In this document: positions 1-13,269 of the stretch, one piece after another
Layout: each line of letters begins with the position of its first letter
Position numbering within the stretch: position 1 is the stretch's first letter
NCBI GenBank assembly: GCA_963693365.1
Contig: CAVNZM010000016.1
Location: forward strand, 6,245,029-6,309,028
DNA: 64,000 nt
Direction: 5' to 3'
DNA from: Amoebidium appalachense
Taxonomy: Eukaryota; Protista; Ichthyosporea
Notes under the pieces: model-generated
The model's input: only the letters and a program-made list of their open reading frames with translations
Databases searched by the model: none
What the model was told of the DNA's origin: nothing
Made by a program: the position numbers and the translations under genes

Positions 1-27
1 GGAGGAGGGGGGAGGGGGGGGGGGGGG

Positions 28-493
28 TTTTGAATGCGTCAAAAAGTACGAAGTACACAAGAACAAACGGATAACACGATGCAGAATGCAAGCCATACAT
101 AAAGAGTATGCATAATAAGCAGAGCCCATCCTCAGGGGGGGCCCACGTCATCCACAGTACCCGAGTTTCGACCTATTCCCCTCGTTAACGAAACCCAACT
201 CAGATACTGTTTCACTTGAACATGAGTAGGTCACCCGTCTTGATCAGAGACGAGCAGGGTTGCTTATGCAGGCAAGGGCAGTGGGAAAGGCCGGGGGTTA
301 AAGTTGCAGCAGTAAGCAGAAGCAAGAAAAATATAGATAGGAACTCAGGAGACGGGGCTTCTAGGAAGCTCCCCCGTCGATACCTAAGTCGATACTTCCC
401 TGGCTAACATACTACACCAGCTGAAAAGAATTAAGTCCCGAAGGCCACAGAATTCGTAATCAGAGGGGAAAATATGAGATTTGACCCACGCCG
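28..493 (-). repeat. Dispersed repeat, probably the 3' terminal segment of the adjacent Penelope-like element; apparently identical copy at 34304-34769
   Basis: Reads base-for-base like 34304-34769 (offset 34276; identical 63-aa ORFs at 216 and 34492). On the minus strand it ends in ...GCATTCAAAA followed by poly(C). Confidence 0.85.
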
Positions 494-829
494 CAGGGTA
501 GTAACACGCTTACTAGGGCGGAACTTTATCGTCTTCGAACGGAAAGCTATGCCCCCGGATGTCAGCCGGAAATATGGTATCACCCATTGCTTTGGGCTTG
601 AAAAAAGCCAAACCGATAGTCCGAGTTATGTTACGCCGGCGGGTAACATGCCGCATGGGTTCCAAGGGAGCTGTCGCCAACAGAGCGGTGTGTGCATGCG
701 TGCGCGTAACGCAATGTGTGAAGTGTGTCTATAGCTATGAAAGGGGGTATGCAGAAGTGGACAGATGAAGTGTGTGGAGAGAAAAACAGTAAGAAGAAAA
801 GTAGACACCGGTATGTGCAACCCCGCACA

Positions 830-864
<35 letters not shown>

Positions 865-961
865 AATAAGCGAAGATTACAGGTAATCAACCAGAACAAC
901 AAATGACAAGCAAAACAACAGGCGCCAAAAAAAAAAAAAAAAAAAAAAAAAAAAGGAGGAA

Positions 962-1073
<112 letters not shown>

Positions 1074-1560
1074 GGAGAGAGAGAGAGAGAGAAGGTGGGG
1101 GGGGGGGGGGGGGAGGGGAGGGGAGGGGGAGGGGGGTCTTAGGGATGCTGCAGAATCGTCAGATATTAGACAAATCGTACCAATACGATCATTCTCTCAT
1201 ATATGTGAGAAGATTGTGACTAACGATGTGCAGATCTGGTTAAGACCTGTTGGGTGTGCAGAGAAAATGGGAGGGGAAGGAGGAGGGAAAGGGGGAGGGG
1301 GGGGGGGAAGTAAGAGAGGGGAGGGAATGTTAGAGTGTCAGTAGTCTCAGGGGACCCTGCAGAGTCGTTAGATGTCAGACAAAAACGCACCAACGACCAA
1401 GTTCTCCGAGGGGAGAAATGCGTAAAACGTTCTGCAGAGTGGGTTAGAGACCTGCTGATGAGAAGAGTGTATACAGGGTTTGGCCAGGGGGGGGGGGGGG
1501 GGGAAGGGGGGAAAAAGAAGGTAGGAGGGGAAGGGGGGGGGGGGGGGGAGGAGAAGGGGG

Positions 1561-1597
<37 letters not shown>

Positions 1598-1625
1598 AGG
1601 GAAGGGAGGGGAGGGAGGGAGGGGG

Positions 1626-1679
<54 letters not shown>

Positions 1680-1807
1680 CTGTGGTGGACAGATCAGAGA
1701 CGAGACCTCCATTTCAAAACTTACCAGGCAACCCAAAAAACCTAGCCGGCTGAGAAAGAAGAACGGCGGGGGAATTGTTTGGGAAAAGGAGCGGGGGGGG
1801 AGAGAGA

Positions 1808-1840
<33 letters not shown>

Positions 1841-2093
1841 GGGGAAGGGGGGGGGAGAGGGGGAGAGAGGGGGAGAGGGAGAGAGAGAGAGAGGGAGGGA
1901 GAGAACGAGAGAGAACGAAAGAGAGCGAGAGAGGGAGACAGAGAGAGAGAGAGGGAGGGAGAGAGAGGGAGAGGGAGAGAGAGAGGGAGAGAGAGAGGGA
2001 GGGGGGGGGGAGGGGGGGGGGGGGGGGAGGTGTAGGGGCTGGTAGGGGGGGAGGGGGGGGGGGGGGGGGGGGGAACCGGGATAGAGTGGGGGA

Positions 2094-5000
2094 CTAGGGA
2101 GTGTTGATCTTTTTAGTGATGATGGAGAGTATGTGAGAGGAGTGAACGCCACGGTATATGTGCGGGTGTGTGGCGAGAAAGCTGTGCATTTTGTGGTGCA
2201 AGAGTCTAAACGAGTAGCCTTTGTTAAGCAATGTTTTAGCAAGTCGTGCAGTGCATGTGGTGAATGCAGCAAGTGTGGAGCATTTGCGCTGGTAGCTATG
2301 CATTTGACTTGTCATGATGCCGTATTTTGCAGTGCGGGAGATGAATGAGTCGTGATGTGGGAAACGAACGATGTCTAGTGTATTGAACGTGGGTGTGTCG
2401 AGCTTGTTGTAGATGGTTGTGTGAATGCCGTGATTAGTGCAGGTGATATGCAAGTCGAGGTAGGGGACAGAGGGGGAGGAACCGGCAGGGTTGAGTTGAA
2501 GGCTGGTCTTGGGATATAGACCGAAATCACAATCTTCTAAATAGAGGTGGGAGAGAATGCGAGGATTATGAAGGGAGATCAAATCATCTATGTAGCGGCG
2601 AGTAAACTGAAAATCTACCAAGACATCAATGCGTTCGTGTGCAATAAGCTTGCGAACAAAATCCAACTCATAAGTAAAGAGATAGAAATTAGCCAAGAAA
2701 ACAGCACAGTTTGTACCCATGGGGATACCAATGTCCTGTTTGTAGAGGGTATCGCCAAACACAACATATATGTTATCTACGAGGAAACATAGAAAATCCA
2801 CAAGCTGTGCCTTAGAGAGATGTAGAGAGTGTTCTTTAGGCTCAAAGGAATCATCCTGGGAATCATCATCTACACGATCCACCCAGGACAACGTGGAGCC
2901 GGTTTTCTTAATAAACATGTGTGGTTTGCGAGCGTCCGTGCATTTTTTGACAAATATTGCGTCAATCAGTGTAGTGAGGCGAGCTTTCAAATCATGCAAG
3001 TCAATCTTGGTGTAGAGTGTGGAAAAATCAAACACAGACACGGGCGTATTTTCGTGTTGGCGTGTGGTACGGTTAAGGGCGTTGATTGTGTGTGTGAGTG
3101 CGGTGCTATCCGTGAGAATCCAAGAGCTAGTGTTGTGTGGCAGGTGGGGTTTGACAACATCACACCACATACGTTCGACATCAGGGGAGACGAACTTAAA
3201 CACACTAGTGAGAAGGCGGGAGAGAGGTTCAAGTGATGTGGCAGAGGAGTTGGCAATGAAACGGAAGGTGGGTGGTGTTTTGTGCATTTTAACTATGGCC
3301 TGAAATGTGGGCAAGCGTGCAGTGCGACGTCCTGGTGTGCCTTTTATGTCATGTGTTTTGAGAAATGCAAGGTGTTGTGCAACAATGTCTTTTGGTGCAG
3401 TGTTGCAGACGGTGTATGTTGCGGCAGGTGCATGCAGTTCGGCTGTAATGCTGCTAACGTAGTGTTTTTTGCAGACGATCACGAACGTGTTGCTAGCTTT
3501 ATCCATTGTGGTGACTACGAAACGTTTTTGGAAGCGACGCAGTAGAAGCACAGAAGCTTGTGGTACGGTGTGTGTGTTGGGTGCGTGTTGTGCATATGGC
3601 AGGAAGGGGCGACACTTAGTAAAGACGGCGGCTGCCCACGGATTCAAAGAGGGATAAGCTGCCATACCAAGATCGTACATCTTGTTACAGAAACTTTGCA
3701 ACGCCTGTGTCAATAAATTGCTACAGGTGGTGTCCTCCGTCTGCTCGACCTGCATTCGGAACTTGGTTCCAAAATGCATGAGCGATGCAAAGTCTGCGGG
3801 CAGGCCGGGAATGTCTAAGCGCGATGTAAGCACGTGTCCGTGTTGTGGGTGTACGTATGGCGCATAGTGCGGGTCGTTGCAAGGGCAGGGTTGTGCATGG
3901 ATGTTTGCTATGGTGTCCTGCGGGAGTCGTGCGGTGTGTTTGCAGTTGATAGTGGTGTAGCCCAGGGTAGACACATATTTCCACACAGCAGAGATACGGA
4001 ATTTACGCATTTCAAGCGGCAGGAGAGCATGTATTTCTTTGTCTTTGATGATGCGTTGCAAAGGGATTCTATCGAGCCCGGAGTTATGAAACACAGACAC
4101 CAACATCACATGGGGTTGCGACATGTCAACACGTTCAAGTTCAAAACGACTACGTAATTCACGTTTGAGGCACGCAGCAATCTGTGAAAGGCGAGGTTGA
4201 GCAATGCCGGTGGGGAAAGCAAGGAGGTGCTCCTTCATCCTAACGATGTTGGAGGTGTTAAAGCGGTGTAGATATGCAGAGGAAAAGATACCACGAGACA
4301 TAAGACTATCGATGTGCAGTAGGCGGCGTGTGAAGCAGCGCGAAAGAAACATGCGTGAGGGGTGTATAGGAGGCAGGTTGAGTGCAGGTGCAGGTGCAGG
4401 TGCAGGAGAGGGTGGAGGGGGTGTAGGAGGGGGTGTGTTGTGGAGAGCAAGCCGTGCACGCATATACAGCATGGGGTTGTGCACACGTGTAAAACGATTG
4501 CGCGATTGGCGGTGGCTTCGGTATTGCGAATTATAGCCGGTAGTAGGTACGTGTGCTTGCAGTATGTGAGTCCAGAAACGTTCCCTAGCGAGACGCTGCG
4601 TTTTATCAGTGTCAGCGTTTGTGCGTGGAAGCTGTTCGATTGGAAACATAATGAAGCTCTCGTGCCCGTACTTAGCCATATCCCAGTAGAGTGGACGGTT
4701 GTGCTCTTTGTGCTTGAAAAGAGCCCATTTTCTACTGTTTTGCGAATGCCGCTGGAATCTTTCAAAAGCGGATTTGCTAGTTTCACCAACGTAGCACCTG
4801 CCAATCGTTTTGTGAAACACAACATAGATGACGTTGGTGTCGTGAATAGGATGTAGTGCATGCTTGGTGAGGGAGTGTTTGAGTTGCAGACGCCAGAGAC
4901 GTTTAAGCATGGGGTGAGTGCGATTCAGGACGGTGTTTGTGTAGGGACCTGCAAGTTGTTGCCATGAGATGGTGCGAGGGGCGTTGGTGTAAGCATGTGA

Positions 5001-5135
5001 GGTGTTGTGTGCATTGTAGAAAGCAGACACGTGTTTGCGGCTAAGTTGGCGAGAGTGGCGTTGTGTGGAAAACGTTTCCCTTGGTGGAGCCACACCTCCA
5101 CCGAAGGGGCCAGATCCGAGAACGGTTGGAGCCAA
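2094..5135 (-). mobile_element. Penelope-like retroelement ORF (1013 aa): N-terminal GIY-YIG endonuclease, Cys/His linker, reverse transcriptase (Naiad/Chlamys-type domain order)
   Basis: GIY-YIG motif NVIYVVFHKTIGRCYVGET...ERFQRH with later E-rich RERFW and GYN. Linker CPC-x9-HPQHGHV. PLE RT motifs DKASN, KMHK..FRFI, FDFSTLYTKI, QDIGIPMGTNCA, RRYIDD, PYLDL. Uninterrupted ORF; true start codon uncertain (track start is TTG). Confidence 0.93.
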
Positions 5136-6696
5136 TCGAGCGCATTTGCCAACACCATATCGAGCGCTCTCTCCCCCCCAAAGGGGAAAGCGATATAGAG
5201 GGGGGGGGGGGGGGGGGGGGGACCTACTCCGTGTGTCGAGGAAAGAAAACTACAGAAGAAAATGGAGCCACTAAACTTACTGACAAAAAGCAACTGATTC
5301 CCGGAAGGAAACAGAGAAAGTGTGTGTGTTGCGGAAAAGGAGAGGAGGGTGTGTGGGTGGGTGAATGGGTGGGTGTGGGAGGGGGGAGGAGGGGGGAGGG
5401 GGGGAGGGGGGGATCACTAGGATCATGAAATACCAGCACGCATGGCAGCTTGCAGGGATGCATTACAGTCACCCACAAGCGTACTCAAACCCGTTCCCAT
5501 GCAGGGACACACAAACACAATTACTTAACAAAGGTGTTAGATAGATCCGTCTATATAAACGAGAATAAAAGAAACGTTCGAATTCAGACTACGTAGACTC
5601 ACCCAAGCCACAGGTGAGAAAACACGACTTATTACGTGAGGCAAGGCAAACACACCTTTCCCCCCCCCCCCCCCCCCCCCTCCCCCTCCTTCTCTCCCCG
5701 TCCCGCGCCCCCTTCCCTCCCTCTGTTATTCCATAACTCTGTGCAAGCAAATACCAAGCCATTTTTCGTGCACACATCCATAATCATACAAGATCTTACC
5801 TTAGGCTCTTGTGGTGTCGGGGGAGGAACTCCGCTGGCATCCATTTTCTCTATCTGTAAAGTTACTGAAGGGGGAAGCCCAAGACTAGTGGTGTATCGTA
5901 GGGTGAGTAATAAATCGGCCTGAATCTCTCCTCTTTATTGCCGTTTTATGTAAGGTCGAAACGTATTGCTGGCGAGGCCAAAGGGCAAAAACTGGACTCT
6001 ACTTAAAATCCGCTGTTTTGGAAGAGCATCAACAGCTAAAAGGCGTTATTTTTCCTACACACACACGTGTCTGGAGCAGCACAGTGTGTCTGTATATTGC
6101 AGCTCGCCAGGGATATACCTGCTGTTAGAGCAACCTAATCTGCTCAAAGAATTTACTTACAGAGGTTACCTCAACATGCATACAATTACAGACACGTGCA
6201 CAACCAGACTCTCTGACTGAGAGCAGGCCGCATTACCGTACACATTTCAAGCGTGTTGGGTTGGCGCCAAAAGTTGGGGTTCAATAGTGTAGATCAATTT
6301 TTCATTCTTTTTTGGTGATATGCTCTGCGTTCAGAAGACTGGTTGTTGTGTTGTATGCAAGTGTTTACTAATAGATAGAATTACGTGTATTTGTAGGTTT
6401 TTCATTTCAGAAAGCGTGTTGTGCAGAGTTGGCATATTTTGTTGCAGATAAAAAACTTTTTTCCTTCTTTCACGGCATCAGGATATGCATGCTGTGTAAC
6501 AACCAAATGCTTTACAATTGTGAACATTTATATCTACATATTTTAGTCAAACCAACAATGGCACCCCTTCTTTTCTAATATCACAAAGCCGAGCCTCTGC
6601 GACCCAGCCAGCTTCGGCTGGCGGACTGGACTTTGACTAGATGTTGTTTTTCAATGAGGCTTTAGAAGGCTAAACATAAGGTAATCCAAGGTTAAA

Positions 6697-9517
6697 ATGG
6701 CCTGCCTTCTAATTAAGAGCGTGCGTATCACAAACACGCCCGTTGCAACATTGATTTTTAACAAGGGTGGGCCTGTAAGTGCACTAGCACAAGGGGTGAG
6801 GGCAAAGCATACAGCCAGAGATGCACTGAGAGGTCTGGGCCAGGTAAGGGTTAACATGTCCCTCCACTCTCCAACTATGCTCTTATAGAAAGTAGATTAT
6901 ATCGGTATCTTCTTTAAACATGCAAAGCAAGTTTTAAGGTTTGTGGAGATCCCTCATCTCGGAACTGAACCTAAGCTTCGCGACCCCATTGCATAACATC
7001 TCTGCTTTTCGAGGAAGAACTGGGACTAAGGGCATAACGGGACCCATATGACTAGAGATCTCTTCTGATTTTCTTTACTAAAGGAGAAGGCAGTGTCAAT
7101 GCATCCTGTTCAGGGTGATCCTCACATGTGCGCACAGCCTCCCTCCTGCCCACCCACCCACCCACCCACCCTCCCTCCGTACCTCCTCCCCTCCCTCCCT
7201 CCCTCTTCCCTCCCTCCCTCCCTCCCTCCCTCACTTCCTCTCCCCCTCCCTCCCTCTCTTTCTTCCCACGCTACAGCGCCCTCTCCCCCCCCCTCCCCCT
7301 CCCCCCCCCCCCCCCCCCCCCCCCTCCCTCCTCCTCCCCTTCCCTCCACTTCACAGTCTGTTTCTAAACAAGAGGGAGTTAGATAATTTAAAAAGACGAC
7401 ACATACACCTATTGCATGTGCGCACATCCTGCCCCAGACCGTCACAGGCAGACACACACGGGCTGCCTATAAGTTTAATTTTTGAAATAAAAACTGAAAC
7501 ACAGCAAAGCATAGGTCCGCTGCGTGATTCTTAGCCCGTATGCGTGAAAAGGATTGGTTTTATGCAAGAGAATATCTCCCCATTGACCCCCCTCCTCCCG
7601 CCTCCCCCGTCCCCCCCTCCCCCCTCCCTCCTCCCCCTCCCCACTCCCTTCCCCGGGAAGTTCCTCCCCCCCCCCCCCCCCCCCCCCCAAAGCCTCCCCC
7701 GTCCCTCTCCCCCCCCCCCACCCCCCTCCCCCTCCCCACTCCCTTCCCCGGGAAGTTCCTCCCCCCTCCCCCCCCCCCCCCCCAAAAAAAAAAAAAAAAA
7801 AAAAAACCACCCACCCACCCTTCCTGTCTTAGCGCTTCCCCAATGTTATAATGCAAAAAATATGTACTACAGCAGAGTAAAGTCGAGCTCCATAGAATCA
7901 AGTTTATTGACAAATTTTTCTTGCACTCATGACTCTACCCCCATCTCTGATTATATTTCTTCTTCGTTTATCACTCCGTCCTCTCACGCCATATTAACCT
8001 TGCCAGAAGCCCACCAACGGTTAATAAAACCTAGTTCATAACTTTGTACATCACTGACGTTTAACCCAACCGGGATCAAACGTAGGTGACAAGCGCAGAG
8101 GAACGTGCCAAACAGGAACGGAAAGTTGAACGTGCATCTACATTAGCCTCAAGGTGAATCCTCACGTGGCTGATGTGTTCTTGATAACATCTAGTGTTTA
8201 ATCTCACGCACCCCTCCCTGAGAGAGAGCCCCCCCCTTGCCACCCTCCCATCCCCCCCCCCCCCCCCCCTTCCCCCCCCCCGTTCCCCTTTCCTGGCTCC
8301 GGGTTTGCCTACTTACAGCATCCCAAAATTATGACTAGAAGATATGCATACTGACGTTGATGTTACTTGATAACCTGAGATGTGCATGCCAATAACGTGA
8401 GCCGGGAAAAAAACATCACAAATATTCATGTCACTCGGTACACTGGGACATGCATTTTGAACTGGAATGTGGGCATAGTATTAGTTCATATTACTTATTA
8501 CACTTTCAATGCTTTAAATCCATATACGAGCCGACTGATATAAATATTCATTTCACTCAATACACTCTAATGTGCATGTGCACCAGTATTTTTAGCCGGG
8601 ATATATGCATATTGGATATTTATTTTTTGCTGGTTGCAGGTACCAAGACTACAAACTGCGCATGGAGTCTGGGGAGGACGTCACCACAGACAAGAACAGC
8701 ATGTTCCAGGACGGCTTGGCCCAGCCCTCAGGTACGTATGGGGGAGGGGGGGGTCTAGTCCTACCCAGAAATGGGCATTATTCGTTCTTAATTTTTAAAC
8801 GCCTGCTCCCTTTTCCCCTTTCCCCTCTCCTCTCCCCCCCCCCCCCCCCCCCCCCCCCCGCGCCCCCCCCCCCCTCCGTGCACTTCCAGACACGCATGCT
8901 CACACACACATGCACACACGGAGAGAAGGGGGGGGGGGGGGGGGGGGAGCGAGAGAGAGAGAGAGAGAAGAGAGAGAGCGCGAAAGAGAGAAAGAGACTA
9001 CATATAAAAATGCTATTGGTCATTGTCTCAAACGGGTTTTTTTTATTTTCTTACTTTTGTATTTTCATAACCGAGTGAATGTATGGGGAAAAAGGGGGGT
9101 GGGGGGAGGGGAGGGTTATTTGCGCAGCATCGTAGGATGGTTCAACAAAGCTACAGCACATTTCTGTCAGGCAACACGAGCTCTTACCCTGCTTTCTTTA
9201 ACTCAGGTATCGGCATGCTCGCCGAGAGAAGAATACAGGAGGCCCTAGCAAGAGGAAAGCTTAAAAACCTTGCCGGGGAGGGTAAACCGCTTAAAGAAAA
9301 ACAAAATGTGACGCACTTTGGCAATGTTGCTGATGCCGAGATGATGTCTGTGCTTGCCAGTGCTGGGGCAAAGCCAGACTTTATCGAACGAAATAACGAA
9401 CTGAAAGACCGCTTGCCTGAGGTTTGTAACCCCCCCCCCCCCCCCCTCCCCGTGTGCGCGTACAAACACGCACACACAACACACACACACACACACACAA
9501 GCACATACAGACGTGTG

Positions 9518-9584
<67 letters not shown>

Positions 9585-9663
9585 GAGAGAGAGAGAGATA
9601 CGAGAGAGAGGGAGAAAGAGAGAGATTCGCGCGTTAGCACATACATGCACACAGACACACAGA

Positions 9664-9704
<41 letters not shown>

Positions 9705-10391
9705 CATTTTTCTTGTGTATGTTTACACTTCGTGCTGCCTACCACATTCTTACCCCCCCCCCCCCCCCCCCCCCCCCACCCCACCCCCTCCCCCCGCTCT
9801 TAGTTTTGGGTGCTCTCGGCATAGGATGATGCCCTTGCCTCCACATTTCCACCAACTACTGCAAAATGCCCCCTCCCCCCCCCCCCCCCCCCCCCCCCCG
9901 CACCGCCGTTTTCTTGCTGCGTATGTTTGAGTTTCGTCTTTCTGCATGTCTGCACTAATAAGTGGCAAATAAGCAGATTTCCATTCATAGGCCACAAATC
10001 TGGGCTCCCATGGGACCAATGATGAGAATATCTATTTCTAGCTACCTCATAGCAGGTTGTATATCTAAAGGTTTTTTTTACACTCGTTTCTAAACTTCGT
10101 TTTCCCCCCTGATCTAACCCAATCACACGCAGGTTCGACAGCAAATACGACATGCGGTTACACAGCGAGTTAAAACCGGTCAGAGCGTCAATGCAAGTCT
10201 GATAGGGAAAGATCTAGGGGAGGGAGCACAGCCACTAGATCAGATAGTTATAGACACAAATGACCTTATTAGGAAGTATAATGACGCACTACTCAGGGTA
10301 TGTACCTATCCTTTAACTTATCCCCAAGAACCCCCCCCCCCCCCCCCCCCCGGGGAGGTGAGTGGGTCGAAACTCGGGTACTGTGGATGAC

Positions 10392-10429
<38 letters not shown>

Positions 10430-10526
10430 CCTAAGGAGCTTCCTTACGCATACTCTTTGTGTGTGGTTTGCACTTTGCATTCTATGGTCCGTTATGGCTG
10501 TGTACTTCGTGCTCTATAATGCATTC

Positions 10527-10561
<35 letters not shown>

Positions 10562-10717
10562 TGGCCAGTGAATGACTTAGAACTTAGGCTGCCGATGAGG
10601 TTGTGTTCTGCTTATGGATGATGTTCGCTTTGGATGCCATTACTGGTCTTGTGTCTTGCACCATGTTCTCATCGTGTGATTGTATTTCGTACCCTGTTCC
10701 ACATTATAGCTCGCCTC

Positions 10718-10748
<31 letters not shown>

Positions 10749-11482
10749 ACACCACCACCATCACCACCACCACCCACACACACCCACACACTCCTCCTCC
10801 CCCCACCCCCGCCTTCACTCCCCCCTCCGCTCCCCCCCTCCCCCCAACAGGTGTTTACTCTATGCTCCCTCTGTGGCGGGTGATACCTTCTGTATCTTTT
10901 GTCGCTAGTTTTTTTACATTAGTCCTACCTTGAGTGCATGTGAGCTGGCTTATTGCTGTATCACCGTTTGACGTGTTCGAGAGTGTGTCCTTTGTGGTGT
11001 GGTGTGTGGGTGTGTGTACGTCTGGGTCACTATAGGTTGTGCCACAAAACACCTGTGAACCGGTGTGTGTATTATTCGATCCCCGCCTGGCGGAATCAGG
11101 GTATGTGTGTGTGTGTGTGTGAGGGGGGAGGGAGAGGAGGGGGGAGGGGGGCGCCTGTGTGTGACCTTGTCACCATTCCTACCCCCCTGTTACACTCCTA
11201 CACAAAACAGGTTTTGCCTTTCTGACCAACTACACCCCTTATCCTCTTTCCCTCTTCCCCCCCCCCCTCCCCCCCCCCCCCCCCCCCCCTCTCCCGTCTC
11301 CTCCCCTCCCCTCTCACTTCTGGTCCCCTTTTCCCCTAGCCTGCAACACCACATACCTAAAGCAATCATCCACTTGCTGACAACCCCCGCTATACCCCCT
11401 CCCCTCTTCCCCCCTTTGCTACACACACACACACACACATACACACGACACACGCACTCACTCACTCACTCACCTGCTCACA

Positions 11483-11548
<66 letters not shown>

Positions 11549-11667
11549 GGTCCGAGACTGTCAACAGCAACCGGCTGGTTGGTGTACCCATGGCACAGAG
11601 GCCACTCTTATCGATCGAAAAAGAGGTCCAGAAAGTGCTGGAAGAGTTGAAACCAAGCGGCCAATAG
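6697..11667 (+). CDS. DUF1992 (DNAJC28 C-terminal-domain-like) protein, possibly mitochondrial; exons 6697-6843, 8086-8153, 8640-8731, 9207-9421, 10133-10297, 11548-11667
   Basis: Exon 4 encodes LAERRIQEALARGKLKNLAGEGKPL...VLASAGAKPDFIE, typical of DUF1992; exon 5 has NDLIRKYN. All GT-AG junctions join in phase. Exon 1 is basic and acid-poor like a presequence and is the least certain exon. No J-domain seen. Confidence 0.8.
10352..10510 (+). repeat. Diverged, truncated copy of the 28-493 repeat family
   Basis: Shares GGTCGAAACTCGGGTACTGTGGATGACGTG and GCATACTCTTT...TGTGTACTTCGT...GCATTC with the reverse complement of 28-175; ends in CTAAC plus poly(C). Confidence 0.75.
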
Positions 11668-12435
11668 AACACATGCTATGGTTTTTAAGGTATCCAAGTT
11701 GACCTTTTTTATTGCTATATCCGTGATTAGGAATCGACGGGTATCATGAAATATTGATATTGAAGGGTGGTTTTTGCAGTTTTTTAAACAGCTTTGGCGA
11801 CCACTATTTAGCTATACCTGGATTTCGATCTATTTCAGCTACGCTGGCATTTGTATAGACCTTATTGGATGGCATATTTGCTGCTGCCGTGTTTAAGATG
11901 TCGTTGAATTTGCAGACGGCAAGAACCCCCCCCCCCCCCCCCCCCCCACCCCACCCCCCGGCGGACACACGTACACACACACACAAAAAAAATGACACTC
12001 GTGATAAGAAAATATAAAGATTCCGGATCTTGAAACTTGCAAGTAGTGTGTGAGATATCAGAAATACGCAGGACATTACAGGTGCTCTGACTAATATGAA
12101 GTACGCAAGGACTTAGATAACTCCGTGCACATATGATCGACACTTAGCAGGTTCGTACGTAAGAGCATTATTGTTGTGTACTGTGTGCACAGTGGAGGTT
12201 CACATGGTGTAATTCTGTGGGTAATAAATGGCTGCCACGATTTTAAAGTGTATAAATCCAGCATAATGTATCCGACTTTTCTCTATAGGCAATTCGGTGC
12301 GCGTCTGCCAGATGCCCCCCCCCCCCCCCCCCCCATATGGCCCGAGCATTGTAAAGCGGGACTCTGGGTGTGTGTGTGATGGTGGTGGCCGGGTGGTTGG
12401 GCGGGGGAGGGGGGGGGGGGGGGGGGGGGGGGGCA

Positions 12436-12625
12436 GGGGGGATCCACTGTTTGTTTCTATAGATGGAAGGGGGTGGCCCCGGGGGGGGGGGGGGGGGGGG
12501 GGGAGGATCCACTGTGTTTCTTTAGATGGAAGGGGGGGACCCCGGGGGGGGGGGGGGGGGGGGGGGGGATCCACTGTGTGTTTCTTTAGATGGAAGGGGG
12601 GGGACCCCGGGGGGGGGGGGGGAGG
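12436..12625. repeat. Three tandem ~65-bp units (GGATCCACTGT..TTTCT.TAGATGGAAGGGGG..CCCCGG plus G-run)
   Basis: Units visible at about 12440, 12505 and 12567. Confidence 0.8.
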
Positions 12626-13269
12626 GGGAGGGAGTAGAGAAATTTCGGAGGGAGAGAACACACTGTTGCGATTGCCTGGGGTGGTGCTGGTCAGCCTGGG
12701 AGAAGGGGGGGGGGGGGGGGGGGGGGGGGGGGAGGGAGGGAGGGGGGAGGAGGGGGGGGGGGGGGGGGGAGAGTAGGAAGGTCCGAGGAAATTGTGATTG
12801 CGCCTGGGTTGGTGCTGGTCAAAAAGAAAGGGGGGCCTCGGCGGGGCGGGGGGGGGGGGGGGAGGGGGGGTCTCCGGTGTGCATGTGTGGAGGGGAACTT
12901 CCCGGGGGGGGGAGGGGGGGGGGGGGTAGGTTTCTTTGTGTACGTGTCGCCCTATGGGAGGGGAAAAGAGGGCGGGAGGGGGGGGGGGGGGGGGGGGGGG
13001 AAGGGGGCAGAGCTGTCCGAGGGAGAGAACACAGAACTTGATTATGAAGTCTTGCACCAAGTTGATCTGAGATGGTGCTGTAAGGGCCCCCACTCACTCC
13101 CTCGTAGCAGCACTCTAAAAGAATGAAAGTACATATTAATGCGATCCACCTACAGTAACTCTACAAAGGAAGCAATTTACACAAACTACCAGGGAGAAAA
13201 AAAAAGGGGGTGGAAAAGTGATAACCGTAACGGAGTGAACGTGGTATTTCCTTGTACAGATTGGCCACC

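Noticed and set aside
1156-1162. CTGACGA (minus) and CTGATGA at about 1455 (plus) as hammerhead cores
   Set aside because: No stem II plus GAAA follows, and the paralogous module has CTAACGA.
2094-5135. Selenoprotein-type PLE
   Set aside because: No in-frame TGA in the ORF and no convincing SECIS apical AA loop downstream.
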